A stretch of 64,000 nucleotides of DNA from the human T2T-CHM13v2.0 reference genome, Homo sapiens: the NCBI RefSeq assembly GCF_009914755.1, contig NC_060928.1; one strand, written 5' to 3'. Positions 16,005 to 31,280 of the stretch are shown here, piece by piece (position 1 is the first letter of the stretch; the number at the start of each line of letters is the position of its first letter). The translations under genes and the position numbers were made by a program. The notes below the pieces were generated by a model. The model made no database searches. It was not told the DNA's origin and saw nothing but the letters and a program-made list of their open reading frames with translations.

Positions 16005-16117
16005 TATGATTGTTCTTCAAAGTCTAATAACATCCAAATAGACATGAACTTATTAATACTAGATAAAATGTCAGCTATACAAAAATGTTTGTCCAAGTGT
16101 TTTAAATAATAAAGGGT

Positions 16118-17600
<1,483 letters not shown>

Positions 17601-17640
17601 TTCAGCTGCACTAAAGGGTACTTATAAGAAAGAGGTGTCG

Positions 17641-17888
17641 GGCCAGGCATAGTGTCTTATGCCTGTAATCCTGGCACTTCAGGAGGCCATGGCGGGTGGA
17701 TCACCTGAGGTCAGGAGTTGAAGACCAGCCTGACCAACATTGTGAAACCCCGTCTCTGCTAAAAATACAAAAAATTAGCCAAGTGTGGTGGTGGGCACCT
17801 GTAAATCCCAGCTACTCTGGAGGCTGAGGCAGGAGAATCACTTGGACCCAGGAGGCAGAGGTTGCAGTAAACTGAGATGGCGTCATTG
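17641..17888 (+). mobile_element. AluS, 3'-truncated
   Basis: Dimer stops at gagatggcgtcattg, lacking the last ~35 nt. Confidence 0.88.
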
Positions 17889-18591
17889 AAAAAAGAGTAG
17901 ATACTTGAATTTGATGTAAAAAAGAAATGACAAGGTTCTCAAGAAAAACAATTGGTTTTGAGAGAGATGCTTTCTAATATTAATGGGCTATCATAATCAG
18001 CAAGAACTGGAGGTGAAAGATGAGATATTCATAGTTTGGATGTTTTATTAAAAATTCAGTGGGAGAAACTTTCCTCTGATTAAGTAACAAATGTTAATTA
18101 TTCATATCACCTGCTAATAGAAAAATTTTAATTAAAGTTTTAGATGTATGAACTCCACTTAAATAATTTAAATACTTTCATTAATCACTAACATATGTTT
18201 GATGGATTTCTTTTTTCAAAATAATACACATGCAAACCTCACCCAGAAATTGAGAAGTACTTTTCCTACATCATTTGATGTGTAAAATAACCCCATATGG
18301 GAGGTAGCTAAATCAGAAATTATCTTACGTTGACAGAAATAAATACAAAATCCTTTAGCAACCAAGTTACCAGTAGAGGGTCACAGGGCTATTTAGTCTC
18401 AGGTCTGGAATTTGAAACTGATTCAAAAGAGTCATCTCTCAGTCTCCTATAGATGCAGCTATTGTGAGGGAAATGAACATTAGAATACAGAAGTCATAGA
18501 ACACTTAGACACCACAAAATTAGAAAATTTGCATCTGGCAACCCCTGAATCTCCTACCAGTTGCCCACCAGCCCCACTGACTTTTCCCTGC

Positions 18592-18994
18592 TGTATTAGT
18601 CTATTCTCGCATTGCTGGGTAATTTATAAAGAAAAGAGGTTTAATGGCTCATAATGCCACACGTCGTACAGGAAGCATAATGCTGGCATTTACTTGGTTT
18701 CTGGGGAGGTCTCAGGAAACTTACCATCATGGCAGAAGGTGAAGGGGATGCAGTCCACCTTACATGGCCGGAGCAGGAGGGAGAGAGAGAGGAGGCAGGT
18801 GCTACACACTTTCAAACAACCAGATCTCACGATTATTCACTCACTCACTATTGCCACAACAGCAAGGGGAATGGTGTTAAACCATGAGAAACTGCCCTCT
18901 TGATCCAATCACCTCCCACCAGGCCTCACCTTCAACATTGGGGATTATAATTCAGCATGAGATTTGGGTGGGGACACCGATTCAAACCATATCA
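18592..18994 (-). mobile_element. MSTA solo LTR
   Basis: tgtattagtc...caaaccatatca; TSD cctgc/tctgc. Confidence 0.88.
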
Positions 18995-19179
18995 TCTGCT
19001 GTGCCAGTTCTAATGGTGCTTCAACATCAGGCAGTGGCTGGACCCACTGTAACCAGAGGCCCAGGCCAAGGGAAATAAGCTTCAAACCTCAGGATCCCAT
19101 CTGGGCCTGCATTTGCTGGCTGCCTACCTCAGTATTCACTCTCCTTTATTCCTTACTACTTGAAATGCTGCCTTGTATT

Positions 19180-19620
19180 TTGGCATGTGGCTTCCTGGAG
19201 AATAAGAAACACATTTCTACACCTCCTTGCATCCAGCTGAGTCAATATTACTAAGTGCTGGCCAATGAGATATAAGCAGAGAGGCATGGAAACTTTCAGG
19301 AAGCCTCCTCAAAAGTCAGCTGCATCTCCCTTGGCCCTTTCTCAATTCTGCTTGGGAAGATACTGTGACTGGTGGTGCTATTGTTATCATCTTGGACCCT
19401 GAGGCAGAGGGGCCACACACTGGGGATGATAGGATGATGAACTGAAAGTTTTGGCAGGTCCTCAGCAACTTTGTGGAGCCACCATCCCAGCCCTGGATTA
19501 TTTATCTCTGGACCTTGTTTTCAAGTAAGAGAAATAAACTTCAACTTTGTATAAGCCACTGCTTTTTTTTTCTTTTTCACAGATAAAAGGCAACTAACAA
19601 ATATGCCAACTCTTAAATAA
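19180..19620 (+). mobile_element. Old MLT1 (J/K-like) LTR
   Basis: ctggccaatgagatataagcaga, catcttggaccctgagg, gagaaataaacttc...taagccactg. Confidence 0.6.
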
Positions 19621-19851
19621 GAGCTGGAATTAGAGTCACTGGTGGCAAGCACAGAAAATCTGGGAAGAGGGAGAACACACCTATTGTACCATTGTTGTAC
19701 GTTCCTTGATCTTGTCATCTCACTGGTTTCCCACTTCCTCACAGTCTGTGAATACCACCTTAATAAACTATTGCAGGCCTATTTTGGAGGTCTAAAATTA
19801 TAATTAATTAATTAATTAATTAATTTTCTATCTTCCCTACTGAGCCCTAAG

Positions 19852-20040
19852 TTAGTATTCTCAAAGTCTGGTCCATTAACTACCTGCAGGAGAATCTCCT
19901 GGGGAAGTTATTAAATCTCTGCAGCCTCATGCTCAATCCCAGACCTATCACAGTAGAATGCCTCCAGTAAGTGTCAGGAATCTGTATGTTTAACATGACC
20001 TCCACCTGATTCTTATGTCCACTTAAGTTGAAGGCTACTC
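19852..20040. mobile_element. MER5 (hAT) MITE
   Basis: tagtattctcaaagtctggtcc...cccagacct...aggaatctgtatgtttaaca...tgattcttatg. Confidence 0.65.
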
Positions 20041-20096
20041 CTGCAGTCTCCCTTTGTGTGTCACTTATTGGTTTGCCTTTAAAAATAAGTTGCCTT

Positions 20097-20392
<296 letters not shown>

Positions 20393-20834
20393 AAATAAGT
20401 TGCCTTTGTTTATCATGTCTATATTCCCCAGTGCTTTGCCCTGGTGGGCCATAAATGTGCAGATGAATAAACAAATTCTATATTTGTATTTGTGAGTTTT
20501 CATTTGTAAATTTTTGTCATGTACACTATCTCAGTCAATTCTTATATCAATTCTTTGGCATAGCAGGGAAAGGGTTATTGTTGTTGTTTCACAGAGACCA
20601 AAATAGAGCTGAGATAGTAAGTGGTCTTTTTTACTATTTTAGGGTTTAAAAAACTAGGATTCAGACTGAGATCTCACTCAGAGGTCAAGCCTCTTTACTC
20701 CACACCAGCTGATCCTGGGTGATATAGAATACGCATTTATCTAAAGATCTAAAAATGCTTTATTCTGAATATCTCATTCATCCTCATAATATAACTATGT
20801 ATTTGATATACATTCATAATCAACCATCTATATA

Positions 20835-21221
20835 TGTATCAGTCTGTTCTTACACTGCTATACAGACATACCTGAGACTGGGTAATTTATAATGGAAAAA
20901 GGTTTAATTGGCTCATGTTTCTGTGGGCTGTACAGGCTTCTGCTTCTGGGAGGCCTCAGGAAACTTACAATCATGGCAGAAGGCAAAGGGGAAGGAAGCA
21001 GGCACATTTTCACATGGCTGGCAGGAGAGAGAGAGAAAAGGGGGAAATGCTACACATTTTTAAACAATCAAACCTCATGAGAACTCACTCGCTATCACAA
21101 GAACAGCAAGGGGGAAGTCCGCCCCCATGATCCAGTCACCTCCCACCAGGCCCCTCCTTCAACACTAGGAATTACAATTCAACATGAGATTTGGGTGGGG
21201 GCACAGAGCCAAACTATATCA
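20835..21221 (-). mobile_element. MSTA/THE1D-like solo LTR
   Basis: tgtatcagtctg...ggcacagagccaaactatatca. Confidence 0.87.
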
Positions 21222-22201
21222 ACATGTAACAAGCAATTCACCGTCTTTGCAGCCAGTGTCACATTGGTGAAAATCTGGTTACTGATATTGCACGGAGATA
21301 TGACCATTGCAAGTTTCTAACCTTGCAAGGTACGATTCAACATTTCAATTCAAGTCAACACAAATTAATTGAACTTCTACAAAGTGCTAGATGTTGTATT
21401 AGATAGTGAGACACAAAAACAAAATGAACAAATATAGCTTCTACTGTTAAGGATGGAAAATTCTGGATGTTGAGAACAGAAGACTACTTTAGGCACAATG
21501 CCAAGGTTTTGACCAAAGTGTCAGAGTCCTCAAAGTGGGAGATTTTAAAGATTTGCTTGTGGAGGGATTTGCAGTATTGGCAGTGCTAGTATCTAGCTGT
21601 TACCCTGGTGACGGACTACATTATACTCTTGTAACTTCAACTGTGGACTCATAGGGATCATTATTAATGTGCTTCAAATGCGTAAGCCTTGAAAATATAC
21701 ATCTAACTTCAGAGGCAGATGTTGTTTAGAACTGGGTTTTCAAAACTTGCTGTATAGAATCATTTATGATAGATGAATCCCCCACTGCCAAAAAACCACA
21801 CAGGAAGTCACAGACAGATGGCAATAACAGAAGCTCTAGGGAGCACATAATGATGTTCCATATGGCATATTGTGTGTGGCTCATAAAAGTGGCTCTAACA
21901 TCCAGAAATGAATTAACCAGAAATCACATAGGAAATAAATCTTTTTGTGACCTTCATTACAGTCCAGGAGTCCATTGCAAATCAGCACACATTGCAGCAA
22001 GAATAAGTATGACAGAGGTAGGGAAAAAAACCCACAAATTTAAACGAAAATGAAATGCAAATTAAACAATCAGCAACAATTTATATACACTTGTAAAGCT
22101 TTAGTAGGCTAGTAGAGCTAGATTATAGTTCTAACTATTGGTTGGAGGGATGTCAAGATTTTACACAAATAGTTAGAATTTTAACATGGGAGCAATATTC
22201 T

Positions 22202-22864
22202 AAGGGGTGAGCACACTGTATCCCATAAGCCAAATAGGGTCTGCTGCCTGTTTTTGTACAGCCTGTAAGCTAAGAATGGATTTGACATTTCTAAAGGGTT
22301 GGGAAAAAGCAAAAGAAAAATAATGTTTCATGACACATAAAAATTATATGAGGCTGGGCATAGTAGCTTACACCTGTAATCACAATGCTTTGAAAGGCTG
22401 AGGAAGGAGGATCACTTGAGCACAGGAGTTTGAGCCCAGACTGGGCAGCACAGTGAGACTCCATCTCTACAAAAATTTTTTTAAAAATTAGCCAGGCATG
22501 GAGACACACACCTGCAGTCCCAACTATTTAAGAGGCTGAGATGGGAGGATTGCTCATGCCCAGGAGGTAGGGGCTGCAGTGAGCCGTCATTGTGCCACTG
22601 TGCTCCAGCCTGGGCAACAGAGTGAGACCATGTCTTTAAAAAGTTTATATCAAATTCAAGTTTCTATTGGGGCTCCCAATAGACTTCCAAAACTTCCAAT
22701 AAAGTTTTATTGAAAAACAACCAGGCTCATTTGTTTATGTGTTGACTACAGCTGCTTTTGTGCTGCAACAACAGAGTTGAGTCTGACAGAGACAGTCATA
22801 ATATGCAAAGCTAAACTAAAATATTCACTGTCTGACTTTTACAGAAAAAATTTGCTGGTTCCTG
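22202..22864. mobile_element. MER58B (hAT-Charlie) interrupted by AluJ
   Basis: gctgcctgtttttgtacagcctgtaagctaagaatgg, aataaagttttattg, tttacagaaaaaatttgctggttcctg. Confidence 0.8.
22352..22640 (+). mobile_element. AluJ
   Basis: Full dimer, J-type. Confidence 0.9.
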
Positions 22865-23124
22865 TTCTAGTTCAACAATTTAAAAATGAGGAACTGAGGC
22901 CTGCTATGTTGCTATTTTGCTACAAAAATAACTTCTTCTACACTAAAGACTATGGACTTATAGCAAAGATTTGTTGTCTTGACTGGGTTAGAATTCCATA
23001 GCACATGTGGTTACCTTAACACTTGTCTAATGGTCTGTCTTCATGATTGAATTGTAAACACTCTCAGGGCAGGAGCTGGGTCTGCCATATTTCCTTCAGT
23101 ATCCACTCTAATATCCTTATGCTT

Positions 23125-23414
23125 TTATATATATGTGCGTGTGTGTGTATATGGGCATATACGTATACACACATATATACGTATACATACACACATATAT
23201 ACATAAACACATGTATGTATATATACATGTATACCCATATAGATACACACGTATACACGTCTACATGTATATATACACCTGTGTGTATATACACACATAT
23301 ATACATATATACATATACATATGTACACATACACACATATATACGTATATACGTATACACACATGTATATATGCACACAAATATGTATATACGTATATAC
23401 ATATTACACATACA

Positions 23415-23453
<39 letters not shown>
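23125..23453. repeat. Compound (TA/CA/TG/CG) alternating purine-pyrimidine tract ending in (CA)n
   Basis: ~330 bp of atat/acac/gtgt/tacg units; pure CA run at 23417-23453. Confidence 0.95.
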
Positions 23454-23456
<3 letters not shown>

Positions 23457-23535
23457 GAGTTCCAGGTTCTCTGTCAAATTCTTCTTTACTACTGCCAGTA
23501 AATTACTCCCAACATTAAAAATTTGTTTCTCAGTA

Positions 23536-23929
23536 TACTGTGATCTGAATGCCTCCCAAAGTTCATGTGCTAAAATTTGATCATTAATGCGATAGTATTA
23601 AGAGGTGGGGCTTTTAGTAGATGATTAGGTCATGAGGGGAGAGCCCTCATGGATTTATAAGGGATTAGGACCTTTATAAAAGGGCTTGAGGGGGTGGATC
23701 TGCTCCCTTCCATCCCTTCCACCATGTGAGGACACAGTGTTTGTTCCAATCAGAAGATGCAGCAACAGGAGCCATCCTGGAAACAGAGCAGCCCTCATCA
23801 GACACCAAACCTGCCAGTGCCTTGATCTTGGACTTCTCATCCTCCAGAGCTGTAAGAAATAAATTTCCATTCTTTATAAATTACCCAGTCTGTGGCATTT
23901 TGTTATGGCAGCACAAATGGACTAAGACA
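23536..23929 (+). mobile_element. MSTD-like solo LTR
   Basis: tactgtgatctgaatg...gcacaaatggactaagaca; TSD cagta/cagtc. Confidence 0.85.
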
Positions 23930-23964
23930 CAGTCTAATGTAATTTTTTGCACTAACAGATAATG

Positions 23965-24910
23965 GCTTGACATGGTACCAAGTTAGAAATGTACAAAAAG
24001 GTCTATGGTAGAAAGGGAGCCTCCTTACCCAATCCCTCAACCATACAATTCCTTCTTCCAAAGACAAATACGGCTACTAAGTTCTTGTGTCTTCTTCCAT
24101 AGGTATTCCATGAAGAAATAAGCATATATCAATTCTTTATTTTATCCAACATTAGAATATCATATATACTATTCTGTACCTTGTTTTATCACAGAGTACA
24201 TTTTGGAGCTTATTTTATACCAAAATATTGGGTCGCAGTTAAATCTAAGAACATTTGGAATATGTTTTTTAAAAGACAGCTTACTGACATATAATACATG
24301 ATGAAATAATATGTTTCCAGACCCTACAGCCAGGTAGTATACGCATGGGGATAAAAATCTTTGATGTCATTTAAATTTCCCTCAATAGCCTCCTTTTTTC
24401 TCTATTATTCAGTCCTCCTCCAGCACCTGTGCCTCTCTGCTTCTGGTCCTGAATGAAACACCACACACCACGGGTATAGGTCCCAGCTTCCCATGTGCTT
24501 CTAAGGGGCATAACTGGAAAGTGTGAATCTTGACCAGTTGGGAACAGGATGCAGCGGGAGCCGCTCCTTTCTCTCTCACATGGACAACTCTGAGATGCAT
24601 CAGAGATACTTGTAACTCTTTGGCTGAGTGCAATGCTGCTGTCTCTTTATAATCCGTTGACCTACTCTGCATGGTAATTCACTGCATTGCACCTTCTCTT
24701 AGCTCAATTCCCGTTTGCCTCACCCTCACTACCCTAGGCTTGTACCTTCCAAATACTGTTAGTTTTGTTTGCTAGAGAACCTGATCTTGGCCACTATAGA
24801 TCTGCCTCATTCTTTTAAAATAGCTGCCTATTTTTTTTTAATTTATGGATGTACAAAATGTATTTAACCAGTCCTCTACTGGTAAATATTTAGGTGATCA
24901 TCAATTTTTT
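23965..24910 (-). mobile_element. L1ME fragments flanking an old ERVL-type LTR-like segment (~24400-24790)
   Basis: catatatactattctgtaccttg and cctcattctttta...tatttaaccagtcctctactggtaaatatttagg are L1ME 3' antisense blocks. Confidence 0.5.
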
Positions 24911-25565
24911 TTTTTGCAGGCATAATATTTAAAATATTAATTGATTTGGGGCTCTACCCTTTTATATCATCTCTTATTTGACGATATCACATTGCTAAAG
25001 AATTATTATTTTTATCCTAAAAAATAAAAGCTAAACACTTTAACGAAGATCTGGCACATGCTTTTCTATAGAGATTCATTTTCTACCTCTTGTTTTTAAA
25101 TCTTGCAAGCTGGCAATTCTGAACTACTTGTAATTCCCAGAGCTGTCTTGAACCTCCCTGCCTTTGCACAGACTGTCCCCTCTGCCTGGAATGTTCCCCT
25201 ACAGACTATCTGCCAGGCAAACTTCTATTACTCCTTAAGCCACTGTCTATGTGAATCTTTGCATGAATCCTTCCGCAGTATTCTTCTGGGTAGGGACTTC
25301 TTTTTTCATGGTTTAACTCTACTCTGAACCTGTGACCATTGCAGCAGTTACGTCAGAAATTAATCATTGGTTTGCATTTTTGTTTCTTCGCTGGTCCATA
25401 AGTTATCTGTGGACAGGAATAATATTTTTTACTTTGTAACTGCAAAACTGTAAAAAATGAACAACAGTTATCCACAAAAGCTGCACCACACTTGCCTCTA
25501 GGGACATCAACTATGACCCAGCTAAAGTGGATTTGGTGCCCTTTTTAATGAACAGGTAAAGCTTC

Positions 25566-26504
<939 letters not shown>

Positions 26505-26579
26505 CTTCTACCCATATACCAAATATTTTGCCCCATAAATCTGTCCAAAAAAAGAAAGAGCATGTATTCTTAAGGAAGA

Positions 26580-26790
26580 TATGGCTCAGTTAAGTGAGTT
26601 AGCTGCGGCTAACTAACTTGTTATCTTGTGTAAGTCACTCCCATTTTGTAAGCTTCAATTTCCTCACGGGTCAAGTGGCTGTAATAATACTTACTTTGTG
26701 GGGTTGGCTATGAGGATTAAATGTAACAACATATGCATGTATATTTTCTTTCCTGCACCTGGAATAAGGAGGATGCTCAAAAAGCGTTAG
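26580..26790 (+). mobile_element. MIR SINE
   Basis: taagtcactc...gcttcaatttcctcac...taataatacttactttgtggggttggctatgaggattaaatg. Confidence 0.65.
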
Positions 26791-27660
26791 CATTTCTCTC
26801 CATTGCTTTCTCTTTAGGATTATATTTTTGTGTAAATTGTGCAGTCTCTTTATTTTAAAAATATTTTGAGACCTATAACAACAACACAATCACACATGTG
26901 ATTAATATATAGGGCTCACTATGGGTCAAGCAGTATTTTATTTATTTTACTTACGTTGGCTTAGTTACCAAAATTGATTAGAGCTTTGTGTTGGGAGTGT
27001 TACCCTTTGATGGTCTGGATTAACTCTCCAAGCGTTGAAATAATAAACTATTTTTAAAAATATTACCTTCAGTTCCAGCGATCACATGAGAAGCCAGAGA
27101 TCCCCCATGAATGGATGGATGAGCAGTGTTGTTTTACACAACATAGAGACTAAACATATACTTTAGGGCATCGGAAAAGCCTCAATCACCAAGAAAAAAA
27201 AGTTTTTTGAAAATTGATACTACTTAAAAGAAATCATTGTCGAAGTGGGTAATAGTCACGGGGGAATCTTGGGTAGCTATTGGTTGGACTTTGTTTTTAT
27301 TTGCAAATACTTGGGGCAGGGCGGGAGAGAGAAAGAGCGACACCAAAATCTGTTCAGTGCTTTAAAGTTCTCGTGGTGTTAACTGGCCCTGCCCGTTGCC
27401 ACCCACAGGAATTTCTCAAACAGAATTTGAAGATGAAGAGCTGAGAGTGAATCTCAGGCGAGGCCTTCCACCCAGAACCTGGAAGATTCCTTAAGGATGT
27501 TATAGGAAAAATGTATTTCTGATGTGGTACCAGCAGCCTCACCCAGAGCTGTTGTGATAGGCATAGCTAGAGCTCCTTTCTTGCAAAACCAAGAAGCTTG
27601 TGGTTTCCTAAATCCTGTTCTCCCCTTCTTCCTCCTTGCAGCCATTTCGTTGCTTGCTTG

Positions 27661-28234
27661 CTGCAGACAGTTCGTTGGCTGCCCAACAACCAGCCGTCCC
27701 ACTTCTTCCCTGCTAACAGAACGTCCATCAGTAGAAATCCATTCGCCTCAGGGAGGGAGGCATCCACTCCTGTAGCAGGAGTGTTTGCTCTAAATCTTCA
27801 TGTTGTTCCATCTCTTTTGACAGTGCTGTGTTAGAGATCAGCACGTGAGCCTGTTCTGGCTAAAGAGATATAGGAAGAAGTTGGCTGGGGAAATCCCCTT
27901 CTCAGATAAATGACAGAAACTCAGAGGGATAAAGTCCTTATGTAGTACTCCTGCTTCTTCATTTTACCTTGGAAAGCTGATATGAAGGCAAAATACCTAA
28001 GGCTACAGCAGCCATCTTTAGACCATGAGGCAATGAGAACAAGAATAGAAGCCACTAGCTGAGCATGTCCTCCTTCGGACAAGGCAGGGATCCTTGGTGA
28101 CACTGTGGAGCCTCAGAACAAACCCCAGAGCCACCTCCTGGCTTCTTGTTCAGCAAAATTAAATGCTCTTTGAGTTTAGCTGCCACTAACTGGTTTTGCT
28201 GCTAACTTAGCCAAAAACCTTTCTAACCAATGCA
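27661..28234 (+). mobile_element. Old MLT1 (K/L-like) LTR
   Basis: ttggctgccc...cttcttccctgctaacagaac start, gcagccatctttagaccatgagg, gatccttggtgacactgtggagcc. Confidence 0.6.
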
Positions 28235-28375
28235 TTTTCTTCCCTATAGAACTTCCCATGTTGTTATTTGTAAAAAATGGAAGGTCGGGAACATTAGGAT
28301 GATGAGATTTTAAAGATTTTTTTCATTTTTCCCCCTTCATTTGCCCTGTTACATGGATAAGAAAAAGCTGTGATG

Positions 28376-28676
<301 letters not shown>

Positions 28677-28826
28677 AAAAAGCTGTGATGACTTTATAAA
28701 AACCTTTAGAACTCATAATTTAGCTCTCTAACTCTCTTTGCTGTCACAAGTTTTAGTTTTCAATAACTCATTCTAAACATTTTTTCCAAAAGACAGCCAA
28801 GGCTATGGGAACAGGAATTTTCTTAA

Positions 28827-29306
<480 letters not shown>

Positions 29307-29320
29307 TCCAGTTCTAATTC

Positions 29321-29380
29321 TTAGATTGGTGCAAAAGTAATTGCGGTTTTTGCCATTAAAGGTTTTTGCAGCAAAACCAG
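29321..29380. mobile_element. MADE1 (Hsmar1 MITE), right arm partly deleted
   Basis: ttagattggtgcaaaagtaattgcggtttttgccatta matches the Hsmar1 TIR. Confidence 0.88.
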
Positions 29381-29784
29381 TTAGGTAAGAGGTATGGATA
29401 ATTGTAGTTAGTTATTGCTGCACTCTAGAGCCAATCTTTACCTCAAGTTCTTAAGAAAAATTCTAAAGAAGTGCTCACAAGCCAGTTCATGGTCTCGCCA
29501 GGGGTCAGGGGCTACCCGTGGTCCAGTTGACTGTGACTATTCAGAAGATCAAGTCACATACAAGGGTGCCTAAGCCTGTCACTTCAACAGACAGCAGGGA
29601 AGGAATCTGTTAGACAAATAATAAAAGAAATACCAATAATAAAAGAAATAAAAGCAATAGGTATCATTTAGCTGTTTTCACGCTAATAAAACGTTAATAA
29701 GATTCTCATGTATTTGTAAGATATCAATTGACATAAACCTGCAATTACATTTTGTGTCCTGATCAGAGGGAAAAGGTATGAGGG

Positions 29785-30647
29785 TGTGAGAGGCAAAATA
29801 ATGGCCTCCCAAAGATGGCCACCTCTCAATGTCCAGAACCTGTGAATATGTCACCTTACATGGTGATATGGTTTGGTTATGTGTTCCCACCCAAATCTCA
29901 TCTCGAATTGTAATCCCTGTAATCCCCAAGTGTCTAGGGAGATACGTGGTGGGAGGTGATTGGATCATGGGGGCGGTTTTTGACTGCTGTTCTTGGGATA
30001 GTGAGTGAGTTCTCACGAGATCTGAGGGTTCCATAAGGCAGTTTTCCCTACTCTTGCTTGCTTTCTCTCTCACCTGCCACCATGTAAAATGTGCCTCCCT
30101 TCCCTTCTGCCATGATTATGAGTTTCCTGAGGCCTCCCCAGCCATGTGGAACTGTGAGTCAATTAAACCTATTTTCTTTATAAATTACCCAGTCTCGGGT
30201 ATGTCTTTATAGCAACGTGAGAATGAACTAATACACATGGCAAAGGGGAATGAAGGTTGCAAATCAGCTATTTTACAACAGGAAGGTTCTCTTGGATCGT
30301 CTGGAGGGGCCCAGTATAATCCCAAGGGTCCTTCAGTGTGAAAAAGGGAGGCTCAGAGGCGAAGTGATGGAATGTGAGATAGGCTACAGGCCATGGTGAC
30401 TTTGAAGATGGGAGGGGGCCCTAAACCACAGAATGCGGCTGGCCTCCAGAAGCTGGAAAAGGCAGGAACTCAGACCTTCCCCTAGAGCCTCCAGAGAGGG
30501 AGGCAGTCCTGCCCACACCTGGATTTTAGCCCAGTGAGACCCATTTTGAATTTTTTTGCCTCCAGAATCGTAAGATAATAAACCTGTGTTGTTTTAAGCC
30601 ACTAACTTTGCCGTAATTTGTTATGGCAGCAATAGAAAAATAATACA
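29785..30647 (+). mobile_element. MLT1D solo LTR interrupted by THE1
   Basis: aataatggcctcccaaagatg...cagaacctgtgaatatgtcaccttacatgg | caaagggga...gcagcaatagaaaaataataca. Confidence 0.85.
29864..30235 (+). mobile_element. THE1C/D solo LTR nested in MLT1D
   Basis: tgatatggtttgg...gaactaataca; perfect TSD catgg. Confidence 0.92.
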
Positions 30648-30853
30648 AGGGATAAGATAGGTACAATTATGTGCTGTAAATATATTCTCCTTCAGCCCAG
30701 ACAACACAACCATAAGTTAGCATTATTATCTCTCTCTTTCTAATAAGGAAATATAGGCTAAAAGATCATATAGGTAGTAAGCAGCAGAACTGTTTGGTTC
30801 TTGAATTCTTTCAAGCAAATTGTAAGTGCCTTTTCAGAAGACAGTCTTTGGAG

Positions 30854-31280
30854 CAGTGGTTCCAAAATGTAGCTGTACATTTAAATCATTTGGCATCTTT
30901 AAAATATTCTGATGCCGGGTTTGCATGCCCAGGCATTGCCATTTCATTGGCAGGTGATGCAACCAGGCCATCAGGAATTCAGAAGCTCCCCAAGTGATTC
31001 TAATGTGCGGCAAAGTTGAGCAACCAATATTCTGGAGGAAGTTATATAGTGCCTTGATGTTAAACGGAGACATTACAGTTACTTTCCCTGCCTGAAGTGG
31101 CTTCTTTTTCTGTGGTTCCCACCTGGGCTGCCCAATTCAATCATCTTGAGGCTTCTAGAACATACTTATACTGGCTTCTCCCTTATAGATTCTGATCCAA
31201 TGATCTAAATTTGGACCAGGATATAGTTTTAAAGCTCCCCAGATGATTCTAAAATTTAATCAGAGTTGAAACCCCCTATA
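30854..31280. mobile_element. Two adjacent MER5-type MITEs (30854-31030, 31108-31280)
   Basis: Both end aagctcccca(a)g.tgattctaa...agttga and start (ca)gtggttcc. Confidence 0.6.

Noticed and set aside
18370-18386. CTCF-like ccagtagagggtcac
   Set aside because: An extra base breaks the GGC core; single weak match with no supporting context.
23047-23580. Overlapping ORFs of up to 177 aa rich in Y/T/H/I or C/V
   Set aside because: Artefact of the dinucleotide repeat, which lacks stop codons.
27300-27660. Possible promoter (GC box gggcggga, a few CpGs)
   Set aside because: CpG density is too low for an island, and there is no downstream exon or ORF I can support.
29321-29380. miR-548 precursor gene
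   Set aside because: The right arm is largely deleted, so the palindromic hairpin needed for Drosha processing is missing.
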